DNA of 64,000 nt, taken from assembly GCA_965204745.1 (NCBI GenBank), contig OZ242010.1:3712001-3776000 (forward strand), read 5' to 3'. A program made the position numbers and the translations under genes. This stretch comes from Candidatus Latescibacterota bacterium. Its GTDB lineage: Bacteria; Latescibacterota; UBA2968. The notes beneath the pieces are model-generated. The model ran no database searches and was not told where the DNA came from. It was given only the letters and a program-made list of their open reading frames with translations. This document shows positions 1 through 9,670 of the stretch, one piece after another; position 1 is the stretch's first letter; each line of letters begins with the position of its first letter.

Positions 1-110
1 CATTCGGTTTATTTTTAGAACACGTCGCACCTCCTTTGGGGTGTGGCTACGAGCCATCGGTTTTCTGCTTGACGGGCGATAACCGATGGCATTTTTCGTT
101 TGTGGCATTT

Positions 111-1496
111 CTACAAGGATCGCAGAAAGGCGATGAGGGCGTCTCGGTCCGCTTTGGACAAGTTGCGGACCGCCTCGCGCGATTGCGCGGCTTCGCCCCC
201 GTGGAACATAATGGCTTCGAGCAGGGTTGCTGCGCGGCCATCGTGCAAATAGGCCGGGATCCCGTTGACGGTCTCCGTTAGGCCAATGCCCCACAGCGGA
301 GGCGTTTTCCACTCGTGGCCCGTGGCTTCGAAGTCCGGGCGATGATCGGCCAAGGCGTCGCCCATGTCGTGGAGCAACAAATCCGTGTACGGGTGGATGG
401 TTTGATTGGACAGGGACGCGATGCTGTGATTGCCGGTTTGAAAGGTGGGCGTGTGGCAAGCGGCGCAACCGGTCGATTCAAAGAGGGCTTCGCCGCGCAG
501 GGCTTGCGGGTCGTCCCAATCGCGGCGCGCGGGCACGGCCAGGGTTTGGATGTAAAACGCGGTGACGTCCAGCGTCGTTTGACCGATTTCTGGATCGTCG
601 TCCCGGCCGTCATGTTGGGGTTGTCCCCACACGGATTCCCGCGGAAAATAGGGATTGGTCACGCCCATGTCTTCGTTGTACGCGCCGGCGGTTTGTTGCA
701 AAATATCGGGATTGTTGGCTTTCAGGCCAAAACGCCCGAGTTCTCTTTGCCCGGTTCGGAAATTGTACGCGTAGTTGGGCCGCCCCGAGATGCCATCGCC
801 ATCGGCATCTGAGGGATCGGACAGGGCGAGAATGTCGGCCTCGGCTATGGCTTCGAGCAAGCCGCGGCCAAACACGGGCGGGGCCATGCGCGCGGACAAC
901 AGCACGCCCGCGGGCAGGGGTTGGTACGGCGTGACTATGGTGTAGATCGGGTGTTTTAGGCGAACCTCTGCGCCATCGGACAGGGTTTCCACGGTTTCGT
1001 AAAAGCCGACTTGAACCCGCGCTTCGGGTGCGACGCCAAAATTTGCGCGGTCGCCGAGTTGCGTGCCGAACCCGGGCACCGGGACAGGCCCGCCGTGCGC
1101 GGTGAACCCGGGCAGGCTGACGCGCATGAGCATCGAGCCGACAAAGGGCGGTTCAGAGCCGAACGCGCCGCGGCCGCGCCCATCGCGCAGATGGCATCCA
1201 ATGCAAGACGTGTGGCTAAACACCGGCCCAACGCCTGCGTTCACGTCTGCCGGTGGGGTGACAAAGACTTGTTCAAACGCGACATCGCCCGCGAAAAATT
1301 TGTCGCGTTCGTCGGGCGAAAGCGTCGGAATCGGCATTTCAAACGCTTGGCTAGAGGCGTCAAAAACAGTGGCATCCCCCCCGGACAAGGCGTTGTCCGG
1401 AGAGGGTTGCGGTGGCGCGACTGGGTTGTCCTTACCGCAGGCCCAAAAGCACAGCACTGCGGCGAGGACGACAAAAATGTGGCGATCTGTTTTCAT
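111..1496 (-). CDS. Di-heme oxidoreductase (DHOR) family lipoprotein
   Basis: Lipoprotein-like signal (FWAC), two heme motifs (CIGCH, CAACH), WKTPPLWGIG and YLHDGRA motifs; follows the imelysin gene. Confidence 0.9.
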   Translation of the reverse strand: MKTDRHIFVVLAAVLCFWACGKDNPVAPPQPSPDNALSGGDATVFDASSQAFEMPIPTLSPDERDKFFAGDVAFEQVFVTPPADVNAGVGPVFSHTSCIGCHLRDGRGRGAFGSEPPFVGSMLMRVSLPGFTAHGGPVPVPGFGTQLGDRANFGVAPEARVQVGFYETVETLSDGAEVRLKHPIYTIVTPYQPLPAGVLLSARMAPPVFGRGLLEAIAEADILALSDPSDADGDGISGRPNYAYNFRTGQRELGRFGLKANNPDILQQTAGAYNEDMGVTNPYFPRESVWGQPQHDGRDDDPEIGQTTLDVTAFYIQTLAVPARRDWDDPQALRGEALFESTGCAACHTPTFQTGNHSIASLSNQTIHPYTDLLLHDMGDALADHRPDFEATGHEWKTPPLWGIGLTETVNGIPAYLHDGRAATLLEAIMFHGGEAAQSREAVRNLSKADRDALIAFLRSL

Positions 1497-1499
1497 CGC

Positions 1500-2576
1500 T
1501 TATTGCTCTGCTAGCACCAGTGGCAAAATATCGCGTTCGAGCGTTTGTTGCACGGTGGCGATGGCCTGTTGGGCCGCGGTGATTTGCGGGCCGTCCGTGG
1601 TCAGCGCGTCCCGGAATGGGAAGGAAATTTTGCCGATTTCCGCGATGGCCGTCTGAATTTCGGTTTGGAATCGCTGGTCGAGCGCGGAGGCTTTGCCGTT
1701 GACAAATTCGTCGAGCCCCACGGCTTCCACATTGTACCCGCCCATGTACACATTTTGAATGCTGCGGATGTTGTCTTGAAAATCGAGGAGCGAATTGAAG
1801 CTGAATTGCGATTCCACCAAGCGCGTATCCCGTTCGGTAAAGGGATCGGCAATTTTGCCATTTCCGACTTCGTCTGCGATGCCCACCATGCCGTTGATCA
1901 TTTCCTGCACCGCGGCTTTTTGCGTGGTGTACGTGTTGCTACCCGCGCCGGCATTGACCACTTGGGCGCGGAAGTTCTCGCCCGAGGCGATCCAACTCGT
2001 GTGTAGCGACACCGCCGCATCTTTGAGCAATTCCGCCGTGGCGATCAAATAATCGTATTGGCGCGGGGTAAAATCCGCGATGGTCTTGACGCCGCCCTGA
2101 TCGAAGAGCAAAAATTCGATGGTGTGAAACCCCTTGAGCGTGTTGTCGAGGTTATCCACCGAGGACTTGGTCAAGGGCGTGTCGCTCGACAAGACGGCTT
2201 CGAGGTCTGCGCGGTTGACCGGCCAGGTGTCCAGCGCGGGATCAAAGCCATTAAAATCAACCGGGCCGAACAAAAAGCCCTCGCTCTTTTCCCACGGAGA
2301 ACGCGACGCCACCCATTTTGCGCGGGCAGTTGACAAGGTGGCTGGCGATGGGTTAGCTCTGAGATTTTGCACTGCGGTGAGGAGTTCCGAGGCTTTGTCG
2401 GACAGGTCTTTGTACGTCGGGATGACCGTTTTATCCGCAAAGTCGGTCAGGATAGGCGAGAAGTCGTACCCGGGATCGGGTTCCGGCTCCGGCGCGACTG
2501 GATTTGCGTCCTTGCTGCTGCACGCGGCGAGGGCGAGAGCGAAGGTGATGCCGAAGAAAAATTTAACGCGGTTCAT
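1500..2576 (-). CDS. Imelysin (peptidase M75/IrpA-like) iron-regulated lipoprotein
   Basis: Lipobox LAAC, LDTWP and GFHTIEFLLF (GxHxxE) motifs, ESQFSFNSLLDF. Confidence 0.9.
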   Translation of the reverse strand: MNRVKFFFGITFALALAACSSKDANPVAPEPEPDPGYDFSPILTDFADKTVIPTYKDLSDKASELLTAVQNLRANPSPATLSTARAKWVASRSPWEKSEGFLFGPVDFNGFDPALDTWPVNRADLEAVLSSDTPLTKSSVDNLDNTLKGFHTIEFLLFDQGGVKTIADFTPRQYDYLIATAELLKDAAVSLHTSWIASGENFRAQVVNAGAGSNTYTTQKAAVQEMINGMVGIADEVGNGKIADPFTERDTRLVESQFSFNSLLDFQDNIRSIQNVYMGGYNVEAVGLDEFVNGKASALDQRFQTEIQTAIAEIGKISFPFRDALTTDGPQITAAQQAIATVQQTLERDILPLVLAEQ

Positions 2577-2593
2577 GGTGATCCTCCAAAAAA

Positions 2594-3823
2594 TTAGAAT
2601 TGAAAACCGAGTGCGAAACTGGCGGTGTTTTCGCCATTGAAATTTGCGGCGCCCAACCGGCGCATGGCATAATCGGCCTTGAGCACGACCGCATTGCCCA
2701 TCGCGTAGTTGAGGCCAAACGCGTACACCCGACGGCTAAAGCGCGGGTTGTCGAAAAAATTGGGCGGGGTTTCGGCCATCGTGTCGTAGGCGTCAAACCG
2801 AAAAAACAGGTGGCATTGTTCCTCCTTGCGCGATGTGAAAAAGGGTAAAATATCGTAACCGACTTCCGCGTACAGCGCGTACGCGGCACTGGCGACGGGC
2901 GTTCTCAACACGTCGAGATTGTTGGACAAGGTGCGATTGCGCTGGCTGACAAGGGCCGCGTTTTGCAGATGACCGTAGAGGTACATGCCCTGTGCGCGGA
3001 GGCGGTTGTACCGCAACACGGCGTGGACGTCGAAAATGGATACGTGGGCGTCCGCGTCTTTCATGTCGGGTTTGGGGCGGTTGTCCGCGCTGTTGCCGCG
3101 ATAGGCCGATGCGCCGAGCGCGAGCCCTTCTGCGACTTGGTAGTCCAACCGCGCCGCGAGTGCCATATTGGAGGCGCGCACGTCTTCAAAGCGCGTTTGG
3201 TGCCCGCCCACGATCCAGTATTGCGAACTAAAGCCCGTGGCGTCCAAGCCATTGACGAGTTGCACGCGATAGCGCAAGCGGCCGACTTGCCCGTTGATTT
3301 CGATGCCGGTCTCGTGCCAGATCGCGGGGATGACGGCGGTTTCCGATTCCGGGCGGCGCGTGCCGAAAAAGTCTGTGGGGTGGTATTGCTCGGTGGTGAG
3401 GCCCACGCCGACGTAGAAATGGCCCAAGCGGAGGTTGAAGGCGTCGGAAAATTCGCGCTCCACATAGAGTTCTTCGAGGATGATCTCCCCGCCCTTTTCC
3501 ACTTCGGTTTCGTATTCGCCAAATTCCTCGTATTCAATTTCGAGGGCGCCGCCCGTGCCGCCGTGCTCGATTTCCACTTCGACTTCGAGCTCGACGCCGT
3601 GCAACAGATGGGTTTCCAACTCGAGGGCTAGCCGCGCAATGTCAATCGTGGCGCGGCTATCGCGCGGCGAACCCATGGGGCCGCTCTTCTGATCGGGGCC
3701 ATAATCGAAATGCGAGTAGATGAGTTCGCCATATCCCGAGAGTTTGAATTTGGGCTCATCGGCTGCGATGCTCATGGGCAAGGCGAGCGCGAGACAGATA
3801 CTGCGGAGAAGCAATGCGTTCAT
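2594..3823 (-). CDS. Outer-membrane beta-barrel porin of the imelysin iron-uptake cluster
   Basis: Signal peptide, EIEHGG..E motif, alternating beta strands, C-terminal Phe (LGFQF), position at the head of the operon. Confidence 0.75.
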   Translation of the reverse strand: MNALLLRSICLALALPMSIAADEPKFKLSGYGELIYSHFDYGPDQKSGPMGSPRDSRATIDIARLALELETHLLHGVELEVEVEIEHGGTGGALEIEYEEFGEYETEVEKGGEIILEELYVEREFSDAFNLRLGHFYVGVGLTTEQYHPTDFFGTRRPESETAVIPAIWHETGIEINGQVGRLRYRVQLVNGLDATGFSSQYWIVGGHQTRFEDVRASNMALAARLDYQVAEGLALGASAYRGNSADNRPKPDMKDADAHVSIFDVHAVLRYNRLRAQGMYLYGHLQNAALVSQRNRTLSNNLDVLRTPVASAAYALYAEVGYDILPFFTSRKEEQCHLFFRFDAYDTMAETPPNFFDNPRFSRRVYAFGLNYAMGNAVVLKADYAMRRLGAANFNGENTASFALGFQF

Positions 3824-3845
3824 AACCCTCCCTCGATGCGATGGG

Positions 3846-3873
3846 TTGACAAGAATAAGACGGGGGTTATATT
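3846..3873 (+). promoter_or_regulatory. Sigma70-like promoter pointing into the iron-operon leader
   Basis: TTGACA (3846-3851), 16-nt spacer, TATATT (3868-3873). Confidence 0.45.
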
Positions 3874-3879
3874 GTGCTG

Positions 3880-3966
3880 TGCAAGCGCGGAGAGCGCATC
3901 TCTCTGGCGCGTGCGCGCGGATGATCGGCGATGGCCAGGCAAGTCAGAACCGATCATCCTTTTTTT
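3880..3966 (+). ncRNA. Candidate ~87-nt small RNA antisense to the iron-operon leader
   Basis: Upstream promoter, a first hairpin, then a 10-bp stem GGATGATCGG/CCGATCATCC followed by T7. Confidence 0.35.
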
Positions 3967-3981
3967 GTCAGTTGGGCTTTA

Positions 3982-4001
3982 TTGTTTTACTAATAAAACA
4001 A
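3982..4001. promoter_or_regulatory. AT-rich palindromic operator (candidate metal-repressor site)
   Basis: TTGTTTTA-ctaa-TAAAACAA, just downstream of the minus-strand -10 box. Confidence 0.55.
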
Positions 4002-4009
4002 CCGCCCAA

Positions 4010-4038
4010 AGAATAAAACAGATGTTAAAACTTGTCAA
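4010..4038 (-). promoter_or_regulatory. Sigma70-like promoter of the iron-uptake operon
   Basis: Minus strand TTGACA, 17-nt spacer, TATTCT. Confidence 0.6.
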
Positions 4039-4150
4039 CAATTTTTTGCAATCATCGCCGTTCATCCCTGCTTACCACGCAGAGACATGCCTGTGGTTGC
4101 TTTTTTCGCTTTTCAAAACGCTTGAATTTTCAGCCTAAGCGCGTATTTTA

Positions 4151-4274
4151 GCAAGAGGCAAGAGGCAAGAGGCAAGAGGCAAGAGGCAAGAGGCAAGAGG
4201 CAAGAGGCAAGAGGCAAGAGGCAAGAGGCAAGAGGCAAGAGGCAAGAGGCAAGAGGCAAGAGGCAAGAGGCAAG
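4151..4274 (+). repeat. Heptamer tandem array (GCAAGAG)x17
   Basis: Read directly; runs into the AAGGAG RBS of the next gene. Confidence 0.97.
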
Positions 4275-4283
4275 GAGATCGAC

Positions 4284-5261
4284 ATGTCGAATGGATTAAA
4301 GGTCGCGGTGATCGGGGCGAGTGGCATTGGGCAACACCACGCGCGATGGCATCACTTGTCCGGGTCTCAAGTGGTGGCATTTGCAGGCACGTCGAAAGAA
4401 ACGTGTGCGAAAACCCGATCCCTGTTGCAGGCGGACTTTGGCTTTGATGGCCGTGCGTACACGGACGTGGCGCGCATGCTCAAAGCCGAACAACCCGACG
4501 TGGTCGATGTGTCTAGCCCGCCGCATTTGCACAAAGACCACGCGATTTTGGCATTGCAAAGCGGATGCCATGTGGTGTGTGAAAAACCCCTGTGTTGGGA
4601 CGAGGACAAGGGCTTGGACGCGATTTTGGACGATGGACGCGCCGTGGTGGATGCGGCGAAACAGGCGGGCAAATCCCTGGCGATGTCTGCCCAATATGCC
4701 GCGGCGATCCCGATGTATCGCCAACTCTACACGCGGGCGAGAGGCGCGTGGGATCGCGTTGACTCGGTCGAGATGGTCATGGAATCGAAGGGGCGCAGGG
4801 GGCCGAAAGCGCGAGAAGAGATCTGGATCGATCTCGCTTCCCATCCCTTGAGCTTGGTCTTTGGCTTTTTGCCCGATGGGGAAATCGACTGGTCGAGCGC
4901 GGCGTGTGAGATTGGCGAGCGGGAAAATCGCGCACGATTTGACGTGCTCACGCCCAAAGGCCGATGCGCCGTGCAATTCGCGTTGCGCGACAGGGACGAG
5001 GGCGTCCCCATCCGACAATTCGGCGTCAATGGCTTTTTGGTCAACTGGGAGGGCTTTGCCGACGAGGAGGGGATTTATCGCGCACGCCTCTCAGCCGATG
5101 GCGAGACCGCGACTTGCCCGGATTTTATGCACATTTTCATCGGCGAATTTGCCGAGCACATCCGCGGCACAGGCGGGCAGGTCATCGTTTCCGGCGCGGA
5201 CGCCCTGAAGAATTTGCAGGCTCAAATCGCGCTGCTCAAGCGCGCGGACAGGCGGGTGTGA
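4284..5261 (+). CDS. Gfo/Idh/MocA family oxidoreductase
   Basis: Rossmann VIGASGIG, HVVCEKP motif, RBS AAGGAG. Confidence 0.9.
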   Translation: MSNGLKVAVIGASGIGQHHARWHHLSGSQVVAFAGTSKETCAKTRSLLQADFGFDGRAYTDVARMLKAEQPDVVDVSSPPHLHKDHAILALQSGCHVVCEKPLCWDEDKGLDAILDDGRAVVDAAKQAGKSLAMSAQYAAAIPMYRQLYTRARGAWDRVDSVEMVMESKGRRGPKAREEIWIDLASHPLSLVFGFLPDGEIDWSSAACEIGERENRARFDVLTPKGRCAVQFALRDRDEGVPIRQFGVNGFLVNWEGFADEEGIYRARLSADGETATCPDFMHIFIGEFAEHIRGTGGQVIVSGADALKNLQAQIALLKRADRRV

Positions 5262-5265
5262 TCCC

Positions 5266-6570
5266 ATGAAAGAGGTCTTGTTTATCGCCTATCACTATCC
5301 CCCTATCGCATCTGGTACGGCCCGGGTAAAGGGGTTTGTCCAGCACTTACCCGAGTTGGGATATCGCCCGCACATCTTGACGACGGCAACCTACGGACAG
5401 ACATCTGACCCTCGGGTGTACCGCGCGCGTGAATTGCTCGGTTTGTACCGGTTTTTGTTTCATCGAAAACAGCGCGGCGCAATCCCCATTCAGCGGTCTT
5501 TTGAGCGCACGCAGATGCGCGGCATTCGCAACTTGGCGCGCCAGTGCAAGCGATTTCTATTCATTCCCGACGGGCAAATCGGATGGCTACCACACGCGCT
5601 TGGGATGGGGTTGCGACTCATCCGCCGGCACCGCATCGAGGTTTTGTATTCCACTGCGCCCCCTTTTTCGGCTCACCTGTTGGGCCTGATGCTCAAGCGA
5701 CTGACGGGAATACCCTGGGTTGCAGACTTTAGGGATACCTGGACCTATGACCCGCTTGACGAGGCATTGCTGGCTCTGCCCACGCGCCTGCAAATTGAAC
5801 GCTGGCTAGAGTGCGCGGTTTTGCACCGGGCAAACAGGGCGATTGCCGTTACAGATGTAGCTTTTGAAGATTTTGCCCATCGCTATCCCGCACTGCGCGA
5901 CCGGTTGCTGTTCATTCCAAATGGGTTCAATCCCGAGGACGTACCCAAACCCATTCCCTGCCCCGCAGAGCGTGCGCGGCTGCGTTTGGTCTATACGGGG
6001 TCCTTTTCTCACAGCCATGTTGCCCGATCTCCCGAGCCTTTTTTTGAGGGCGTCAAACGGTTTGCGAAGCGGTGTCCACACGAGGCGCGCAAGTTGGAAA
6101 TCGTGATTGTGGGCGCGCTCAGCCCTTCTGAACGACGATGCGCTGCGGAATTGGCTCAGGTCGTGAAATTGGTGGGACCCGTTTCTCGGCAAACGGCCAT
6201 CGGATGGCAACAGCGTGCCGATGTGTTGTTGTTGTCGGATCATGTGCATGCGGTACCGGCCTCAAATATCCCGGGAAAGTGTTATGAATATCTGGCCGCT
6301 CAAAAGCCCATTTTCGCGCTCGTTCCCGAAGGCGCGACTCGGCGGTTGATCGAGAAATTGCGAGCGGGTATTTGCGTTTTGCCAGATGATGTCAATGCAA
6401 TAGAGAGGGGTTTGAAAAAATTGCTGATGGCGCGACAAAATGGCGCGTTAGATACTTGGCGCGTATCTCGGGCACAACTGAAATGCTTTCACGCTCGCAC
6501 GACCGCCGCGCAACTCACTCGATGTTTTGATCGAATCACTTCTGACTGCCCTTCGCGCCTCCCGCCTTGA
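5266..6570 (+). CDS. Glycosyltransferase family 4
   Basis: IAYHYPP, WVADFRDTW, IPNGF and PGKCYEYLA motifs. Confidence 0.85.
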   Translation: MKEVLFIAYHYPPIASGTARVKGFVQHLPELGYRPHILTTATYGQTSDPRVYRARELLGLYRFLFHRKQRGAIPIQRSFERTQMRGIRNLARQCKRFLFIPDGQIGWLPHALGMGLRLIRRHRIEVLYSTAPPFSAHLLGLMLKRLTGIPWVADFRDTWTYDPLDEALLALPTRLQIERWLECAVLHRANRAIAVTDVAFEDFAHRYPALRDRLLFIPNGFNPEDVPKPIPCPAERARLRLVYTGSFSHSHVARSPEPFFEGVKRFAKRCPHEARKLEIVIVGALSPSERRCAAELAQVVKLVGPVSRQTAIGWQQRADVLLLSDHVHAVPASNIPGKCYEYLAAQKPIFALVPEGATRRLIEKLRAGICVLPDDVNAIERGLKKLLMARQNGALDTWRVSRAQLKCFHARTTAAQLTRCFDRITSDCPSRLPP

Positions 6571-6940
6571 CACGGCGCGAGTGCCCTGATTCTCGGTTTC
6601 AAGAACCAAGAGACCGTTGCATATTCGGTGTCGTTATCTATCGAGACGATAGATCGATCTCAAAACAAGGAGAAAGCAAAATGCCTGATCTGTAGCGTGA
6701 AACATTCGTAGAGAAGCGCGTCCTGTATCGCCTCAAAGTCCGGGGGCGGGTCGTTATCATTGCGCGAGTCGATGTCGAGCGGTTGCAACGAGCGGTTTGG
6801 GGCCAATGTCAATCCGTTCGCACTATCGAGACGCCCGTGGATGAGTAGCCTAACAGGACAAGCATGTAACAGGAAATCGAATTTTCCCCATTCCGCAGAT
6901 TCGCTGGGATGGGTCAACCCCCAACACAAAGGAGCACCCC

Positions 6941-8218
6941 ATGTGGAAATGGATGCAACATAAAATCGCTTCAGCACAAGTGCTGTCAGTGCTGTCCTTT
7001 ATCGCCCTTACATCGCTGGTCTTTACAGGGCCTGCCGGATCCAATTCTGAAAACGCGACCTCGAGCACTGAAAGCGCGCCGACAACCAAGACCGCGGGCA
7101 CGGTCGACCCGAATGGCGATGGCGCGGTTGATTTTTCGGTTGTTGCCTTTGGTCCCAACGCCAATGCGCGACTGTCATTAGATCTCGATGCCAGTGACAA
7201 TAAAATGAATGACGGCAACACATCGGGTACTGTTGCAGGTGCTGGTACCGATGTTGTCGTCGAGGTGTTTATCACGGGGTTGGCAGGCCCAATTATCGGT
7301 GGTGAGTTTTCCATTGATACGAATAGGCTGACCGTCAAGAGTGCGGCGGCTACGCCGGGGTTGTCGGTTCTTGGGACTACCGCAACAACTGTCTCATTTG
7401 GTGGTTTCCCACCGGGCATTACCCTGCCCAATGGCTATTTGGGAACGGTTACGCTTACGACAACTTCTGATGTGACCAATGTGGCGTTCACTGTCTCGGC
7501 AAGCATGAATGTGGCGGATGGCACAAATCTTGGTGAGACGGATATGATTACCGCTACACCTTTGTCGTTTAATACCACCCCGCCACCGCCTCCCTCGCCT
7601 CCCTTTTCACTTTCTTTGGATGGCGATGACGCAACCGGCGATCAAGCGGTCAAGGAGGTCGATGTTTCGCCCGGGGCCGTTGCGACCATCCAGGTCTTTG
7701 GCAAAGGGATTCGGAATGCGACCGGCGTTTCTGCGCGTTTTGAATACGATTCCGCGCAGGTGACTTACGAGGGATTTGACGCGGGCGGTATTCTGCCCAA
7801 TGCACAGGTGATTGCCCTACCTTCGAGGAATCCAACGGCTGTCGAGATTAGCCTCGTATCTTTTGGCGGGCAAGCCACTGCGGATAGCGGCTTGGTGGGC
7901 AATATTCGCTTTCGCACGATGAGCGCGTTTTCCAGCACGACGCTTCGGTTGGTGCGTGCGGATCTCGGCAGGGGGACGCAAACCGAGCGCGTGACGTTTG
8001 CCGATACCCAAATCACCTTACAACCCGCGGCACTGACGCCGGACTTCAACGGCGATGGGAGGGTCAATTTCGCCGACTTTTTGTTGTTCACCGCGCAATT
8101 CGGATTGCGGCGCGGCGACGCGGGTTATGAGGCGCGGTTCGATTTGGATGGCGATGGCACAATCGGCTTCGGCGATTTCCTGATCTTTGGTCGCGCCTTC
8201 GGTCGGGAAGAATCATAA
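6941..8218 (+). CDS. Secreted protein with two cohesin-like domains and a C-terminal dockerin/EF-hand-like module
   Basis: Signal-like N terminus, Pro linker TTPPPPPSPP, C-terminal DFNGDGRVNFADF and DLDGDGTIGFGDF repeats. Confidence 0.7.
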   Translation: MWKWMQHKIASAQVLSVLSFIALTSLVFTGPAGSNSENATSSTESAPTTKTAGTVDPNGDGAVDFSVVAFGPNANARLSLDLDASDNKMNDGNTSGTVAGAGTDVVVEVFITGLAGPIIGGEFSIDTNRLTVKSAAATPGLSVLGTTATTVSFGGFPPGITLPNGYLGTVTLTTTSDVTNVAFTVSASMNVADGTNLGETDMITATPLSFNTTPPPPPSPPFSLSLDGDDATGDQAVKEVDVSPGAVATIQVFGKGIRNATGVSARFEYDSAQVTYEGFDAGGILPNAQVIALPSRNPTAVEISLVSFGGQATADSGLVGNIRFRTMSAFSSTTLRLVRADLGRGTQTERVTFADTQITLQPAALTPDFNGDGRVNFADFLLFTAQFGLRRGDAGYEARFDLDGDGTIGFGDFLIFGRAFGREES

Positions 8219-8246
8219 CTGCAGACAAACGAGGAGAGCGTTTGCA

Positions 8247-9176
8247 ATGGAAGCTATGCGTCCAAACCGGTCTTTGAAAAGCTACTTCGGAATCGCGCTC
8301 AGGGGCGTGTGCATGGGTTCAGCCGATGTCGTGCCCGGGGTGTCGGGCGGCACGATGGCACTGATCACAGGCATTTACGAAGAGTTGATTCTGTCGATTC
8401 GATCCTTCGATGCACGGGCACTGCGGCTTTTGATGGGGCTTCGGATCAAAGACCTGTTCGGTTACGTGCGCTGGCCTTTTTTGTGCGCCCTGCTCATGGG
8501 GATTCTCTTGGCGATTTTTTCCCTGTCGCGTGCGATTACCTATTTGTTGGAAAACGAGCCGGTTTTGCTGTGGGCGTTTTTCTTTGGGCTGGTGTTGGCG
8601 TCTGTTTATACGGTGGGCAAGCGCGTTCCGCAGTGGCATTGGCGAACTGTTTTGGGCGCGGTTGGCGCGACCCTGGGCGCGTATTTTCTCGTGGGCTTGG
8701 TGCCGGTTGAAATGCCGCACGGGCCACCGTATATTTTTTGTTCGGCTGTGATTGCGATTTGCGCGATGATTTTGCCGGGTATTTCCGGGTCCTTTGTGTT
8801 GGTCTTGCTCGGGCAGTATGCGTATATTTTGAACGCGGTCAATACGCGCGATCTGTTCGTCATCGCGGTCTTTGGCGCGGGCGCTGTGGTCGGGCTGATG
8901 GCATTTGCGCGCGTTCTGGGCTGGTTTTTTCAGCGGTATCACGACTTGACTATCGCGCTGTTGACCGGGCTGATGCTCGGCTCGCTCAGGAAAATTTGGC
9001 CGTGGAAAGAAACGATAGAGACGATAGTCAATCGGCACGGCGAGGAAGTGCCCTTGGTTCAGGTGAACGTGCTACCCGAGACGTGGACGAGTGAAGTGAT
9101 GGGTGCGCTCGGCCTCGCGCTTTTTGGGCTGATGCTCGTACTGGTGCTCGAGCGTTTGGCCCAGTCCAAGGAATAA
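8247..9176 (+). CDS. DUF368 family membrane protein (undecaprenyl-phosphate translocase-like)
   Basis: MGSADVVPGVSGGTMALITGIYE and AMILPGISGS repeats. Confidence 0.9.
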   Translation: MEAMRPNRSLKSYFGIALRGVCMGSADVVPGVSGGTMALITGIYEELILSIRSFDARALRLLMGLRIKDLFGYVRWPFLCALLMGILLAIFSLSRAITYLLENEPVLLWAFFFGLVLASVYTVGKRVPQWHWRTVLGAVGATLGAYFLVGLVPVEMPHGPPYIFCSAVIAICAMILPGISGSFVLVLLGQYAYILNAVNTRDLFVIAVFGAGAVVGLMAFARVLGWFFQRYHDLTIALLTGLMLGSLRKIWPWKETIETIVNRHGEEVPLVQVNVLPETWTSEVMGALGLALFGLMLVLVLERLAQSKE

Positions 9177-9183
9177 TACCTCA

Positions 9184-9250
9184 GCGAATCAACGAATCAA
9201 CGAAGTGCGTCGGGTTTTGGGGCTGTTGGGCGGGGACTGACTACTGACTA
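9184..9250 (+). repeat. Composite intergenic repeat, copy A left part (interrupted by the MITE; continues at 9528-9553)
   Basis: Near-identical to the reverse complement of 13217-13308. Confidence 0.9.
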
Positions 9251-9527
9251 GGTTCTGTTGACATTTACGAGCAAAGCAACTGGCTTGAGCGGTTTTGCGA
9301 GGGGGACCTACCCCCTAACCCCCTTCCTAAGAGGAAGGGGGAACGGTGATGGGTCTTCCGAGGGATTGCTCGAGAGGTTTTTTGGGTTCTATGGCGTGAT
9401 CCATTCGCCCAAAGCCATCAAAGGAGCTTTACTCCCCTTTCCTCGTAGGAAAGGGGCCGGGGGATAGGTCCCCTCGCGCTTTGCTAATCTGTGCGTAACG
9501 TGAAAAAAATGAAATGTCAACACAACC
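9251..9527. mobile_element. 277-bp MITE, complete copy, 16-bp TIRs, TA target duplication
   Basis: GGTTCTGTTGACATTT ... AAATGTCAACACAACC (15/16 match), TA on both sides, two internal GC hairpins. Confidence 0.9.
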
Positions 9528-9670
9528 TACTGACTACTGACCACTTGGTGGTCGGGTTGGGCGGGAAACTTGCTACGCATGTGGTCTATTTTTGATTGTG
9601 CTTGACGGGGTTGCGTCTTGAAACTTAACATTGTCCCTCCACTTTTAACCCTTAATTCATCGAGGTAAAT

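Noticed and set aside
6575-6935. Riboswitch or 105-aa ORF upstream of the cohesin-like gene
   Set aside because: Only short hairpins are present, with no recognisable aptamer or protein motif
9258-9467. Duplicated 69-aa ORF (also at 14077-14286)
   Set aside because: It lies inside the MITE, starts at the TTG of the TIR and is disrupted in copy 3
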